A DNA stretch of 64,000 bases from Chlorokybus atmophyticus (Eukaryota > Plantae > Mesostigma and Chlorokybus algae). Made by a program: the position numbers and the translations under genes. The stretch lies in the NCBI GenBank assembly GCA_009103225.1, contig RHPI01002533.1, positions 1,803,186 through 1,867,185 of the forward strand. Direction: 5' to 3'. Under the pieces are notes generated by a model. That model did not search any database and was not told where the DNA came from. It was given only the letters and a program-made list of their open reading frames with translations. Shown one piece after another: positions 11,034 through 24,422 of this stretch (the stretch's first letter is position 1; each line of letters starts with the position of its first letter).

Positions 11034-11732
11034 ATGGCCTCCTCCACCGCTATGTCCGTCGCCCCCGTCTTCACCGGCCTGCGCGCCAGCAAGGTGCAGC
11101 AGAAGACCAAGGCTGTGGCTGTTGCCAAGGCCCCGGTCGCCGCCCAGGCTTCCCTCCAGAACGTCGCCAAGGCCGCCGCCCTGGGTGCCGTCGCCTCCGC
11201 TGCCTCTTTGGCCCTTGCCTTCCCCTCGCTCGCCGTTACCATTAAGATGGGCTCCGACAACGGCTCCCTCGTCTTTGAGCCCTCTTCCGTCACCGTCAAG
11301 GCCGGCGAGACCATCACATGGCAGAACAATGTTGGTAAGTACCACCAGTCCTGGCTTTAACATCTGTCATACTCTGTGCATGGGAGAATGCGGCTGGCCT
11401 GGCCAAGCCTGGACTATGTACCTTTCTTGGTCATGATGGCTTAGGCCTGAGGTCCCCAGTGTCTGCTCGCATGTTGCTTGCTGCCTGAGCTGAACTTGCT
11501 GTAATACTAGTTGATTGTGTTTATGCAATGGTATGCAGGTTTCCCCCACAACGTTGTCTTCGACGAGGATGAGGTCCCCGCCGGCGTCAACGTTGACGCC
11601 CTCTCCCACGAGGACTACGCCAACGCCCCCGGCGAGACCTTCAGCGTGAAGCTCGACAAGGCCGGCACCTACGAGTACTACTGCGAGCCTCACCGGGGCG
11701 CTGGCATGAAGGGCCAGATCACCGTCCAGTAA
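11034..11732 (+). CDS. PETE: Plastocyanin precursor with bipartite chloroplast/lumen transit peptide; exons 11034-11334 and 11539-11732
   Basis: Spliced product MASSTAMS...AFPSLA|[18 protein letters not shown]...[14 protein letters not shown]...[18 protein letters not shown], with Cu ligands His/Cys/His/Met, a GTAAGT...CAG intron and strong C-ending codon bias. Confidence 0.99.
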
Positions 11733-14548
11733 ACAAACAATTCTGCACCCTCAACCAGAAGCTTTACACACATTCCCACATCATACACAGTGATGGAGCA
11801 GCGAGCTAGACAGAACCTTTGGACACGTTGAGCCTTTTTGGACATGTTTCTGATCTTTCCTGGCGAACTTGCACTGTGACCAACCTGTGCTATGCCTTTG
11901 TGTCCTGTGTATTCCGTGACGAGCACTTTTGGGTCTCTACGTGTGTGCTATCATTGTTGGCAGAAGTGGAGCAGAACTGGCACATGTATAACAAAGGTGA
12001 TGGATTGTTTTTTTAGCACATTAGAGTCGGAATGCGTGCTGTACGTGAAAACAAACAAGTCAAAAGTCAGCAATGTCTTACTCGGCCCAGTAGTCGCTAC
12101 AGTAGCAGACGCAGCACTAGCATGTCAGACTTAACTGCAAGCTATCATGAGGGTAGCACCCAGTAGACAGCTAAGGTCAATTTTGCAAGCAGTGACTGGT
12201 TGCGTACAGTTGAATTCGCAGATTGTTGTTACCATCCGGCAATGGTGTACGCCGGGGTGTGGCTTGGGATAGATGTTTGTAAGGCAGATGAATTAATTGT
12301 GGAAGGGATGTATGCGTGTCGATGTGTTAATGGCAGTTGAACAGTGACATTCAATGATATCCAAATTTCTCGACGTCGACAATTGGTGTGTATGTGTTAT
12401 ACAAGAGCATGCGCATTGACATGCTTATGGTGCATGCGTGTAGTGAGATACCTTGATACCTCCTCGTGAGTGTGTTGGCTGGCACAGTCTTATCACATGT
12501 GCCTAATAAAGTTAACAGCAAAAGCGCTCATGGCTACCTACGTAAATACCTACACCTACCACCACCAATGCAATACATGTCTCACAAAACTAGGAAGCAA
12601 GCACATTACGTGCACAGAGCTACGCGGGCTACATCTGCCTTTGTGTCGGAGGTTACATTCACCATATGTTGACTGACCACATGCGCCTATGCTGCGTAGG
12701 TGGTGATTATTGTTTTTGCTGTCTATAGAGGGAGCTACCTCTGTTTGCGTCCCTCCCCCGCAGCTACTTCAGCTGCCTAAGTCCTCGTTAAAAAACAATG
12801 TTTCAGCGGTCTAATCTGACCCCCTCTCTTGTAATGATGATGGCCTTGCAAGTGTTCAATTTTCAGCTTCTACCACGCTTAAACCACACAACACCAATAA
12901 GTAATGCTGATGCGAATTGAATGCGCGTGCACACACATATGACACTCATACCAATAGTGTCAGCCATATCACTACTCACAACATCCCACCCATCGCTACG
13001 TCTTCCTTCATCGCAGAGGCACCGTTTTTAGGGGTCCCCAACCAAGCATAGCCTCCACCGCTGCCCGTTCGTGCAGCAGCATTGCATGTGCTTGCACTCG
13101 CTGCAGCGCACACGCTATATGCTGGCAAAACAGCGTGACCAGCTCTTGTTGGTCTGGTAGCGCTAATGTGGGCGCTTAAACTCAAAAGATATTGTACTAT
13201 GATTTGCTTTGCACCCGACTTGTGTAGCACAGCAGTATAACCTCCATTATGTAACATGGCTTGTGTTTGGCTATCACCGTCACCTCATACACACAAAAGA
13301 ACACATGCATGCAGGCTCTTACGACAATGTTCGAGTGCCGCGCCCATATCGGTGGGCGGAGGGCTGTGGTTGCATACTTACTCACCGGCTTACACAAGCG
13401 TATGAGACATTAACCGGTTATATTTACCTCCCTTTTCTCCCACACCCTCACCAATTTATTTTTCTACCACCCACAACTGTACTTTGGCATGCATATGGCC
13501 ATGCATCTATGCTATATTATATACTAGCACTGTACTAACATCAGGTCTCCTGTGCCCGGCAATGTGCGCATGGCCTGACGATGCTCGAGCGCGGGGTTGC
13601 GGTGGTGGTAGCAATGCCAGGGTGAACGGCAACTGCCATGGTGCACATGACAACGGAGGAGGACGCCCTGCTGGTTGTGGGCGCTTAGGTCGTGTTGTAC
13701 GCGTGTGTTGGCAGTGGTTGGGCATCCCAAGTTAAACACACATGCTCCGTGCGTAAACACGTGATATACAAGAACAAGCCAGCATGAACAAGCAAACACA
13801 ATAATGACACTTGGGGCCTTATCAAAATCTATACCACACCAAGTGCCCTATGTGCTATGCAGGTGTCGTGTATCAGGAGGCAGCAGCCGCTACCAATAGC
13901 CAACCTGTGAATCACAAGCAGGAGGCGATGATAAGTCCTTGACAAGCGGAGTAATAGTAGTGGCATGAGCAAGGAATGGTAAGACAAGTGCTGTGCAGTG
14001 TGTACTTTGTGGACTGCCGCCCAGCACGTCAACCGCCCATTGCATGTACATAACGCTGGCACTACTGTCAATAGCGAAGTTATGCTATGCTGCCTGCTTA
14101 TTCGTGTGATGCTTTGTTGTACCTTCCCCATTCATGCATGCATACCCTAGGCTTGTCTGCCAAATGCCTGAAGTGCCACAATAGCGTATATGTTCAACAG
14201 AAGGCAAGTGACCTACAAAAGGTGACCAGTAGCAGGGCAAACACAGCACCAATGTACCGATGTGGCGCATCTTTATAATTGTCAGCAGTCAGAGGGAAAC
14301 ACGGTCACACAGTGCACGCAATGCAACACGGCAAAATCAGCCAAAGATGTCAAGTTGAACTTCAGTGCCGAAACATGAGTTCTGATCTGTACAAGTATCC
14401 AACAACAAGTATCTGACAACATTCGCCATACAAATACTAGCTTGAACCAGGCACTGCATAGGTTTGCAGCAAGTCTGCCGCGCCAAATTCACTCTACAAA
14501 CATAGACTGTCAGCGCATGCTACTAGATAGCTGTACAGGGCAAGTCAC

Positions 14549-16744
14549 TCAGAAAGTTGTTGTCACTACGGACGTCGTATACCCATCCAGCGGATCAGGG
14601 CCACCTAATGACTTGGCAGGCGCTGCAAACACAAAGGCAGACACCATGGTTGTGACATGACAGAAGACACTACAGCTGGTTGTTGTTGACATAATTGCAT
14701 GTGCAACTTGAGCTTAGCCAGCTGCTTGGCCTAAATTGGGCCTTGCAAGCAGACAAGAGTAAATATACACTCACCTGCAGGCCGAGTCTCAAACATCGGA
14801 GGCTTAACTGGCACCCTTTCAGCTTTTACTTTTGGAGCAATAGCCTGTCAGAGAGGTGAAGGTGTAAGCATGAGTTAGTAACCAGTATCTGCATTGAGTA
14901 ACATACCCATATCCCACCGACATTCAATCACAATACCGTAACAGTTCACCAACTGTGCAGCAGTGGTTGCTACACTGTCCAGATGCAACTGACCTGCTGC
15001 GTGGGGAAGCTTTCCTCAGAGTACTGCACTGCACTGGGCAGCTCTGCGACAAGACTCACTGGAGCTGGCGCACTTATTGGCTTCAGCTCTGCAGCATCGA
15101 TGCTCGGGGCAAGGCTGGCAACCGGGGGCTGCACTGCACTGGGAAGCTCTGCTACAAGACTCACTGGAGCAGGCGCGCTGATTGCCTTCAGCTCCACAGC
15201 ATCGGAGCTCGGGGCAATGCTGGCAACCGGCTGCACGTGTGTTACAGTTTCACCAATTGAAGGACTGCTGTGTACACCACTCGCCTGCTCTACAGCAATG
15301 ACTGCTGCTGCAGCTGCTTCAGCCGGTGTCATCTCTGCAGTGCCGAGCTCGGGCAAACCAACATTGGAGGTGGTGTTGCTAACTGGCGATTCCACCACGG
15401 GTATCTTTGTCGCAATGCTCGGGTGAATACTTGTGTGGTCATGCGCAAAACCATCACTTGACTTGATGACGGGAGTGGTGAAATTGGCAGGCGCTTCTGA
15501 AACCACAACCGGTTGCATGGGTTCGTATGTGGCTCGTGTGTCAAGTTGTGTTGGCGCAGGCTTATGATATGAAATGGGGATTGTGACATCGGTTGGGTCT
15601 TCCGCCAGGGGCTGTGACACTGTTGTTGTTGCTGAACCCGCTCCGCCCAACAGCTGGCGGACTTCTGAGCTCTTTGCAACGTCTGCAGGCGTCTTGCCGT
15701 CCTGATGATGAAGAGACATTTAGCATTGTATGGGTGCTTGTTCATGAGCGTGCGAGAGTGTGCGCGCATGTGTGCACAGGAGAGACACTATGTGTAAACG
15801 TGTGCTTGTATGCAAGTGTGAAATGAACGTTGTGAACTGCACAGGTGTGTTGGAATCTGTAAAGCAAACACGGATACTGCTTCCTTGCCTTGTCTTTGAT
15901 ATCACGATTGGCTCCGCACTGCAGCAGCTTTTTCACAGCTTCCACGTGGCCTCCTGCAGCTGCCAGATGGAGCGGTGTTTGCCCATCCTGTAAAGGAGGA
16001 TACCACCGCACTGAGTGCCAGCAATTGCTACTGCATGGGGGTATCACCATCAACCCATCTAAGGTAGTGCACGCAGAGGGAGCAACACTATCGTAGTGCG
16101 CACCTGGTCCTCGGCGTTGACTGAAACCTTACAGCTTGCTGAACCCTCCTGCATCAGCAACTCAATGGCCTCTGCTTGGCCGTTTTGCGCGGCAAAGTGC
16201 ACGGGTGTACGGTTGACCTGGCAACATGGGTGGTTAAGATGATGGTAAAAGGACTATAACCAGGACACACAAAGGCTGTGCTCTTGTGACAATGTTTGTG
16301 CCAGGCTTCGCATCGCAGAAAGGGTTCACTAGCATAACGAACAATAAGTTGGCGCAGCAACACAATTGTAGTGGAGGTGCTGCACCAGTACCTTGTCTGT
16401 GACGTCCACCTCCACATTGCGGCTGAGCAGCACACGAATAACATCTAGGTGGCCTCTGAACGCTGCTCTGTGCAGAGGCGTTTCAAGAGTCTGTGCACAA
16501 ACAACAAGAACAAGTTGGAATGCATAGCTCATTTGGCAGACCTCTTCAACACCCTTCTTTGAATCAAACAGCAAACTAGCACCTTTTTGTCACGACTGTT
16601 GGGGTCGTAGCCGCGAGCGATCTTTCTGTACACTGAGTCAGCATCGCCTGAATCAGCGGCCTTCAACAGTCTGCGAGGGTTCTGCTTCTTCTTTGGAATC
16701 AACCCGGTCACACTCTTCTCCACTGAGGAGATTACCCCTCCCAT
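14549..16744 (-). CDS. Ankyrin-repeat protein with predicted N-myristoylation and a low-complexity C-terminal tail; multi-exon
   Basis: MGGVISS start; exons encoding TPLHRAAFRGHLDVIRVLL, TPVHFAAQNGQAEAIELL, GQTPLHLAAAGGHVEAVKKLL and GKTPADVA; large exon 14994-15701. The small terminal exons (14775-14844 and one ending at TGA 14549) are inferred from splice phase, so the 3' end is less certain. Confidence 0.85.
15024..15235 (-). repeat. 105-bp (35-aa) in-frame tandem duplication in the ankyrin-protein tail
   Basis: CTGCACTGCACTGGG recurs at 15024 and 15129; peptide PVASIAPSSDAVELKAISAPAPVSLVAELPSAVQ occurs twice with few substitutions. Confidence 0.92.
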
Positions 16745-19695
16745 CTCGCAAAAACCTTACCTGTGAATTACCAACACTGTAAGCACAGCGCGCACTGCAA
16801 CACTGTGATTACAACAGCAGTGCTGCTTGTCAAGCAGTACTTGCTGATGAGTGCGGCAGAGAATTCCCCAGTACTGCATGACTACTGTACTAATGAGGCA
16901 CTGATAGAGACTCAAGCATTGGTGCCAAACGATCTTGCCACGATGGCACACATTCCTTTGCATGTGCTCACGGTTAGCGCAGTTAGTGTTGCCCATGTGT
17001 AAGGAGGACACAATTGCTGGCAGGTGTTCGCAGTTCAATTTTTAAGTGGTGTTCCTTCAATGTCACCACCGGGCAATTTTACAGTGATCACGTGCAGCGT
17101 GCTCGCTGCACATCAGCAATTGCACTTCTGAAATGCTATGCTGAATAGCGTTGTGCGAGTTACAGTAAGCATGAAATCCGGTTATGAGACTACTGCTCGT
17201 TAGCTGCTCTACAGCTGGGCGTGCCCAACACTTAGCAGTGTGTGTGTGCAGACACCTCCCCAAAAGAGACTCTAAGCAGCTCCGGCAGCTGAAGAGTCAG
17301 TGACTGCAATCAGCGCATGTGCACGCGTGCACTGGACACAGTCATCAGACTGACTAGCTCGCAACCTATGATAGCCAGCTCCAAGGGGAAGACCTACTTC
17401 AAACCTCCGGACAGAGCTGCAAGTACGATGCTGACGCGATTGTGCATACATGCAGCACACAGAGCTGAGCTCAAACCCTCGCCATGTAGTGGCAAAGGCC
17501 ATGCAAACGACTTTACAAACTGCAAGCAGACTGTTCCAGTGACCGTGCCCAGGCGCAGTAGCAGCAGCCTAGCAAGTGCAAGCACTCTATGCACGCGAGA
17601 CCCGTGTTGTGATCAACTTTTCATGCTGTTTGCCAGTGTTACACGCTGCTGGCTTGGCTCTGGCAAGCTACTTACAGGCACGATGCTTACAACAGCCGTG
17701 CAAGCGTTAAGCAAGTATGCACAGCCATGCTGTTTTCAACTGGCCTCTGGCCCGAACTTACCTGTACCAGCTCCCGCCGTGACTGAGGTTGGTTTCTTCC
17801 CTCTCTGACACGGCACACACAATGCCCAGCCTGTGTGCGTAGTACTTCGTGTTGTCGTCGCCCTGAGCGGCGGCGGCGGCGGCGAAGGCGCAGGATGAAA
17901 CACGTGGCAATGCTGTGCGTGCGTCTGCGTTGAGCAGCTGATGCTTTTGCCTCAGGCACATTGCAGCAATCTGCCACTGGCGTCAGCTAACGTTATCATG
18001 ACACGCGTTTTGCCGTGCCGAGAGGGTACCGGATCCACGTTGGATCTGATTTGGAAAACAATCGCACCATGGAATGGTGGTTCACGTTGACAACCGCACC
18101 GTGTAACATGGAGCCTCCTAGTAACATGGACCATGTTGTGCAACTGGCAAAACTTTCTCTGAGAACACAGATTGCACTGAACAGAGGTAATGTGCACCAG
18201 TAGCCATAGCATTAAATGACTGAACTGTGCATGGTTGATATTGCAACGTGCGAAGACCGAATCACCTGCAATGTGTGTTTCATGGCACGATAGATCTTTT
18301 TTTATTTGTCACCGTGCAAAGGTCGGAAAAACATGCAAACCTCCACATGCACACTCTAACTAGGCACACATTGTATGTATGCACGGCATGAGAACATCTC
18401 CCACCAGCCAAAGCGACCATATGTAAGCACTTGCACACTGCATTTAAGCACACCTACAACAGCACATTTGTGCAAGGAGGGAGAACACATAGAATTCATT
18501 GGTAAAGCTGATATAAGCACTGCATCGACATTAGTCTTTACTTGTTGTTTTGTCGATATAGCTGATGTTAGCACTTTATACTTGCTATCAACAACTCGCA
18601 ATGTGCACATTGTGCGTATTGCGAGGTTTATGCACAACATGCACAATGTGCAATTGAAAAGAAACACACCTGCTTGTGTGCGTAACACGAAGTTTGGCTG
18701 TACCATAATTGTGTTTTATGGCTAGCAAAGTACAATCAAATGTAATGTTTCCGGAAAGCAAGCGCTCTTTATGATACGATATTACTAAATGGATGGCCTT
18801 GCAAGGTTGTGTGAAATGTGAATGTTGCACTTGTGAGATAATGCACGCAATACCACGTGCTGCAAGCTTATAAGGTGCACTGAGTACAATTGCATCGGCT
18901 ATGCAAGCTGCATGCGTCATGTCACAAGTGCAACATTAACGTTTCGCATGTGCATCGAGCTGCATGACTCGTAGATTAACACCACAAGAAATCCAATACA
19001 TATGCAACCGATTCGTAATGTCACATTGGTAACAAACATCACGAGCACAAGGTTACAATTTGGTAGTTTGTAACACCGGTGTATTACAATTGTAAGAGGT
19101 GCTCATACCTTCTACATTAATGCGCAATGTGTACAAGATAAGCACAAGGCTAGTGTGCTTCGCGCAGCTCTACACTCTGTTATGCATGTAACTGAGGGCC
19201 CCTTTATTTTGCCATACATGCGTGCGCATGTACATTAAAGTGGCAAATATCACTAACATGTAGGACATACAACAAACAATGTTCATATATCTTGACTTCT
19301 ACATTATAGCATTTAAGGAAAATACTACATGATAATGATGAATTTGTGCATGGTGAGTTTAGGTGTGTCAGCTTGAACACTTCACAAATTGCTTCATAGC
19401 AGCGCTCTGACATATAGAGTATTGTGAGCAAACGCTTATGCCCTCATGCAGTACTCATGTGTTCAGTATACCATATATGCTGATTGAATGGCGCTGCCGA
19501 GATTGGATATAAATGAATGTTGTGTCCAAATCTGACTCAACAATTGAAATCAACTGTGTGACCTATGCATGCTACTTGACTGATAGCAGCTAGGGCTAAT
19601 GCTTCATGGGTTTGTTGTCATGCTTCGCTGAACGCTCATGGTGGCACATGACCAACTCTGCTTGCACAACTGGCAGTACTCTACGCTACACTAGC

Positions 19696-21858
19696 TCATG
19701 ATGATGAAGTCCTCTCTAGCAACCGCTCTACAATATGCCGGTTCATGGAATTCTCCTTTAGGTACCACACTGCTCGCAAGATCTCTTGCTGCTTGGGCGT
19801 AAGGTCAGCATGGAACCCCTACAAATTCAACAATACTGAGGATCAAGCATTTCTTGTGAAGAGTATGCTGGAGGCATCCCTCAGGCCTTACCTGACGTCT
19901 TATTCGGTCTTCCATGGCGTGGTACATGATGATGGCCGCCGCAACAGAGATGTTGAAACTTTCGGTGAAACCCGTCATCGGGATAATGCAGCACGCATCG
20001 GCCATCTCCACCGCTTCATCAGTCACACCGTTCTGCTCTGCACACGCATACACGCGCACAACATCAAGAATAGATTCGCACTCTTCAAGCAACAAGGTGA
20101 TAGCCATGAAGATGATAATGATGATGATTGAGGATGATATACCATTGCCAAGGACAACTGCTGTTGGTATGGTCCAGTCCAGCTGCCCGATAGGGAGAGC
20201 CGTGCCGTGCATGTGCGTGGTGACTATGCGATACCCTCGATCCCGCAGCGCCTGGAGACCAGCCTTCGTGGAGTCCCAACGCACCACATCCAACCATTTC
20301 TCAGACCCTGCATGCAGATTGTGAGAGTGTTATGGCGCGTGCAGATTAACATAGGTAAGTCATTTGCTGCCATACTTGTCACCAATGTACACATACACCA
20401 GATGTGTGAGTAACTGCGTGAGAAAGGGAAGAGAGTTTATGTGTGCCTGTGCGTGCGTGTGAGGTTTTTATTGCTCGCATGCGCGTGTGCGTTCACATGC
20501 TTGCGTGCTTACGTGTGCATGCGTGCACGTCTGTTTATCTCTGCACAAGCGCACGTGTAAGACATGTGCATGTCATGTGTGATCCGAAGAAAGTGAAACA
20601 TGGAACAGTTGCAGCGCTCAACCCCACCTTTGCTGACATTGTGCGAGGCTTTGTAGCGCTCTTGATGGGTGCGAAGAATGTGCAGAGACTGGAACCCGAG
20701 GGCTTCGGCCGTGCGGCACACCGCGCTCACGTTGCCGAGGTTCACCAGCCCTGTTGTGTTTGGGGACGGGTGTCTGGACACGAGTTGCACAGAAAAGAAG
20801 CCATTACATGCGTGCGTATACATACGAACTTTATGTCTGGCGATGTGTAACACGTGGTGTGTTGTTTCATGATGTCATGTTCAAGTCATGTTCAGTGTTT
20901 GATTCTCCCTTGTGTGCGTGTGCGTGTGCGTGTGCGTGTGTACGTGTGGGTGTGTCTTTGTTATTGCTTGCTGTTTGCTCTCTGCAAAGCACGCTCACCC
21001 TCAATCACAGGTGTAATGGCGTAAGTCTTGGTACTTGCGACATGATCCAGCCGCTGCTGCCGCTGCATCTCAATAACGGGCTTGAGATGCCGCAGCACTT
21101 CAGCAGCCGACAGCACCTGCAATGAGGTATAATGTTACCTAACTGGCTGTGGGTTGTCTTGTGCGTGTGCATGTCAGTGTAAATATAGCTGTGAGTATGT
21201 ATGTGAGAGCATGCTGGTGCCTGCGTGGATGCATGTTCGTGTGCGCGCGCACACAGAGAGCCCGAGTGTGCATTTATTTTCGCGTGTGCAGCGACACATA
21301 TACTAGTCATGTAATGACATCCACTTACATGGGCGCCATTGGCAAACTCAAAGGTGTCCTTGTGTGGGAAGCGTAGATCTGAGCTGCCTTCGCGTGCTGT
21401 TGTCAAGCAACAAAACAATGCCATAACATGTCAGGTCACTTGTGCAACCCGCATCTATTCGAAGCCAATTGCATGGCAATGCATTGCGTTGCTTGTTGTG
21501 CCATGACATGCCAGCAGGCGTGTCGCATTGCATGCACTAGAGCGTTTGTGTAACAAAGAGGAGATCAACTCGCTAGCACGTCCAACTCGACTACTGGTGC
21601 AGTTGGTGAAGTTACTTAGAAAACAATCCACTAGGGTTTGAGGCCAGCTGAGGTAAACCTGCCTGGCTGCGGCTGGGGCGGGGGCGCAGCGTTGGTGTCC
21701 GGCACCGCGGCGGCGGCAGCAGCAGAGCACGCCGACGCCCTGACTTGCAATGTCGGTGACGACGACGACGATAATGCACAAGCAGCCGCCCTCCCGCAGG
21801 CCCTCCGTGGCCACGCCGCCGCCGCGGGCAACCACAACCCCACCGCCACCGCCGCCAT
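19696..21858 (-). CDS. SpoU/TrmH-family RNA 2'-O-methyltransferase with organelle-targeting-like N-terminus; multi-exon
   Basis: Exons encoding LVNLGNVSAVCRTAEALG, TAVVLGN|EQNGVT, IPMTGFTESFNISVAAAI (SPOUT motifs 1-3) and terminal GFHADLTPKQQEILRAVWYLKE...*; Ala/Ser-rich N-terminus from ATG 21858. Confidence 0.92.
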
Positions 21859-24360
21859 GACTTGCGTCAAAACTCAAACGCACAGAGAGACTGGGAAGTT
21901 TGCCCTGTGCAACATGTCTTTTTTTAGCTCCCCAAAAGGTCCCGATCGGCGCCGGGACTTAAAACTGTCCCGAGTCAGTCTGCAGCCCGAACCAGCTGCT
22001 AAGAAAGAGAGGTGCTTCCGGGACGTGTTTGTACACTACGTTTTTCTTTTTTCTGCAGTCAAAAAGGGCGTGATGTGTCAAGGCCCTTGGCTAGTCACAC
22101 AGCGTGGGTGAGGGTGCCCGTATACGCTAAGTGTGTCGGAGACAGACACAGTACAACGCGCACACGCACGTTTACGCGCACATGCACCCTCATTCACAGA
22201 CCCACACATGCATTGGATACTGTTGCAGTCTCAATCACTCAGTCACTCGAATATTCACTTGCGACCGATGCATTGGTTACAATGCACTGGTTTATTTGTT
22301 CACTCACTTCACGCTAATCGCACATGGATCCATTCATTGGTATAATGGTGCGTTCGCGCATTCGCGCACACATTTTGTTGAACGATCTAATCGATTGGTA
22401 CCCCATCCATCCATTAACAACATCGATGGGGTTGGCGACGATAGGCAAGCGCATGTCGTGGCTGAGGCGCAGGGCGATATCAACGCTGCTGATGGCTGGA
22501 TACCTGCGACGCTTATTATGGTAAAGCGACTCTGGCATCGTGTGCGTGTGCGTGTGTGCGTGTGGGTGTCTGCACTCACGGACCCACATGCACGCACATG
22601 TAAACGCACAAGACGTGTGCCGAGACGCACACGCACGTTTTGGCACGCTCTACGAGCCAAAACGCGTGCACACGCACGCGTGTGTGTGTGTGCGCATGGG
22701 TGTGAGCGGGTGCTTGTATACATGCACGTGGGTGCGCACGTGTGTGTGTCAACACATATGCGCGTACGCATGTGCGGATGCGCGGTGAGTGGCAAGGAAA
22801 TACAACTCAACTCATTGTGTGTGCAGCTGGTGTGTGCTTGCCACCAATTGCAAGCTGGTGGGTTGGGTTGGGTCATTTTTGGAATATAGGCAACAACTAG
22901 TCAATTCAGCAAACAGTCTGTTGTTACAAGCAGTCAATCAGATACTCACCGTGAGTGATAGCGTGTGTGCGCATGCGCTTGTGCGTACACATGCATGCAT
23001 GCATGTGCCCGTGTGTACCTTTCCATGTGTGTCAGCAGATGTGTATCTGTACGCACGCGCACATACGCATGCGTGTGTGCACGTGCGTGTCTGTATGTTC
23101 ATCGGGAATGATGATACCACTATCAATACTTGCTGCTTGAAAGACGAACACATCAATAATGCAGACTGAGTGGTAAACAGCACGTACACGAGTGACGTGT
23201 CCATACCGCGTCTGGCACTGAACAGCTTCCACATCTGCCTTGCTCACCCAACGCACACGCAGACAAAGTGATCGCACGCGGCATTGAATGCCTACACAAC
23301 CCAAAGCCCACAGTAAGTTTACGCGCGCATGAACGTGTGTGTGTGTGCACGCGTGCGCATGCAAGAGTGCAACTGTGACTGCTTGCGCACATCAAATGGT
23401 TGTGTATGTGTGGGTGTGGGTGTGGGTGTGGGTGGGTGNNNNNNNNNNNNNNNNNNNNNNNNNNNNNNNNNNNNNNNNNNNNNNNNNNNNNNNNNNNNNN
23501 NNNNNNNNNNNNNNNNNNNNNNNNNNNNNNNNNNNNNNCAAGAACGTGTGCGTGCGTGTGCGATGTGATGCAGCTGGCTTCCTCAGCAATTGCTGTGTAG
23601 TTGGACGAGTTGAAAGCGAGTGTACGTGAGTCGGCACACAAGTCTGGTGTTGGTGAGTGTCGCGGGGGGCAATATCGACCAATGTGCACAACACCAACTT
23701 GCAACTTGCACGCGGACACATGCATACAATTACACGTGTGCGTGCGTCTGTGTGTGCGCACCAGCACACTGTACTGTTGACGCACACAGGCACAGGTACC
23801 GGCACAGGCACAGTTCTCTCAAACACTAATTATTTAACAGAGTACAAAGCAAACAGTTCGTGTCCATGAGGCACAGGCACAGACGCAAACACATGCACAC
23901 GCACACACCCCACACTCCCTCCCCCCAGATCCATTATATAGCAGCGGCAAGCTGTCCCTTCTCAGCGCCTTGACTGTCAGGCTCGACCCTATTTCTCATG
24001 AAAGGTGTTACAGGGAGGGGGGAGTTGAGTTGAGTTGAGTTGGGTTGGGTTGGGTGGGATGAGGGTGGGATAATGACGGGGTGGCTGATTTGTCCAGTGT
24101 GGGTTGGGTGTGTGTGTAAGTGCGCGTGCGTATGTGTAAAAGAGGAGCAAAGGGGATGTGTGTGTGCGTACAGGTGCGTACGCATGCCTGCACGTTCGTG
24201 TGTATGTATGGTCTGTATATGGGGTGCAACCATCACACCAAACAGTCTGATGACGGCATCATCTGCAGGTCTTGCTTGGGATGGCCTTGGTTGGCTTCAA
24301 GCGGCAATCAGAACTATACACTGGGTTGGCTTCAAGTGTAAGAGATCATCTGCTTGTTTG
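21857..24360 (+). CDS. Probable multi-exon gene of unknown function, divergent from the SpoU gene
   Basis: Several short non-repetitive segments bounded by plausible AG/GT sites translate as protein-like text (ILLNDLIDWYPIHP..., WCVLATNCKLVGWVGSFLEY..., KVIARGIECLHNPKPT|GTAAGT, DPLYSSGKLSLLSALTVRLDP). No recognisable family, and a gap interrupts it. Confidence 0.35.
23439..23538. other. Assembly gap (N run)
   Basis: Run of N after a GTGTGG microsatellite. Confidence 1.
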
Positions 24361-24422
24361 ACTGAATTACTACCTGAAGGAAGTAAGATAAGAAGCAGGG
24401 GGGGGGGGGGGGGGGGGGGGGG

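Noticed and set aside
12976-14280. Several 60-110 aa ORFs between PETE and the ankyrin gene
   Set aside because: No recognisable domain and no consistent splice-phase chain; a small gene cannot be excluded.
22131-23830. Numerous His/Thr/Cys/Val-rich ORFs (MCVCA..., HTHTH...) here and across the window
   Set aside because: Translations of intronic CA/TG microsatellite-like sequence.
24398-24422. Poly-G tracts at gap edges (also 50664-50696) as G-quadruplex elements or element tails
   Set aside because: They abut assembly gaps, so their length and reality are unreliable, and poly-G is a known sequencing artefact.
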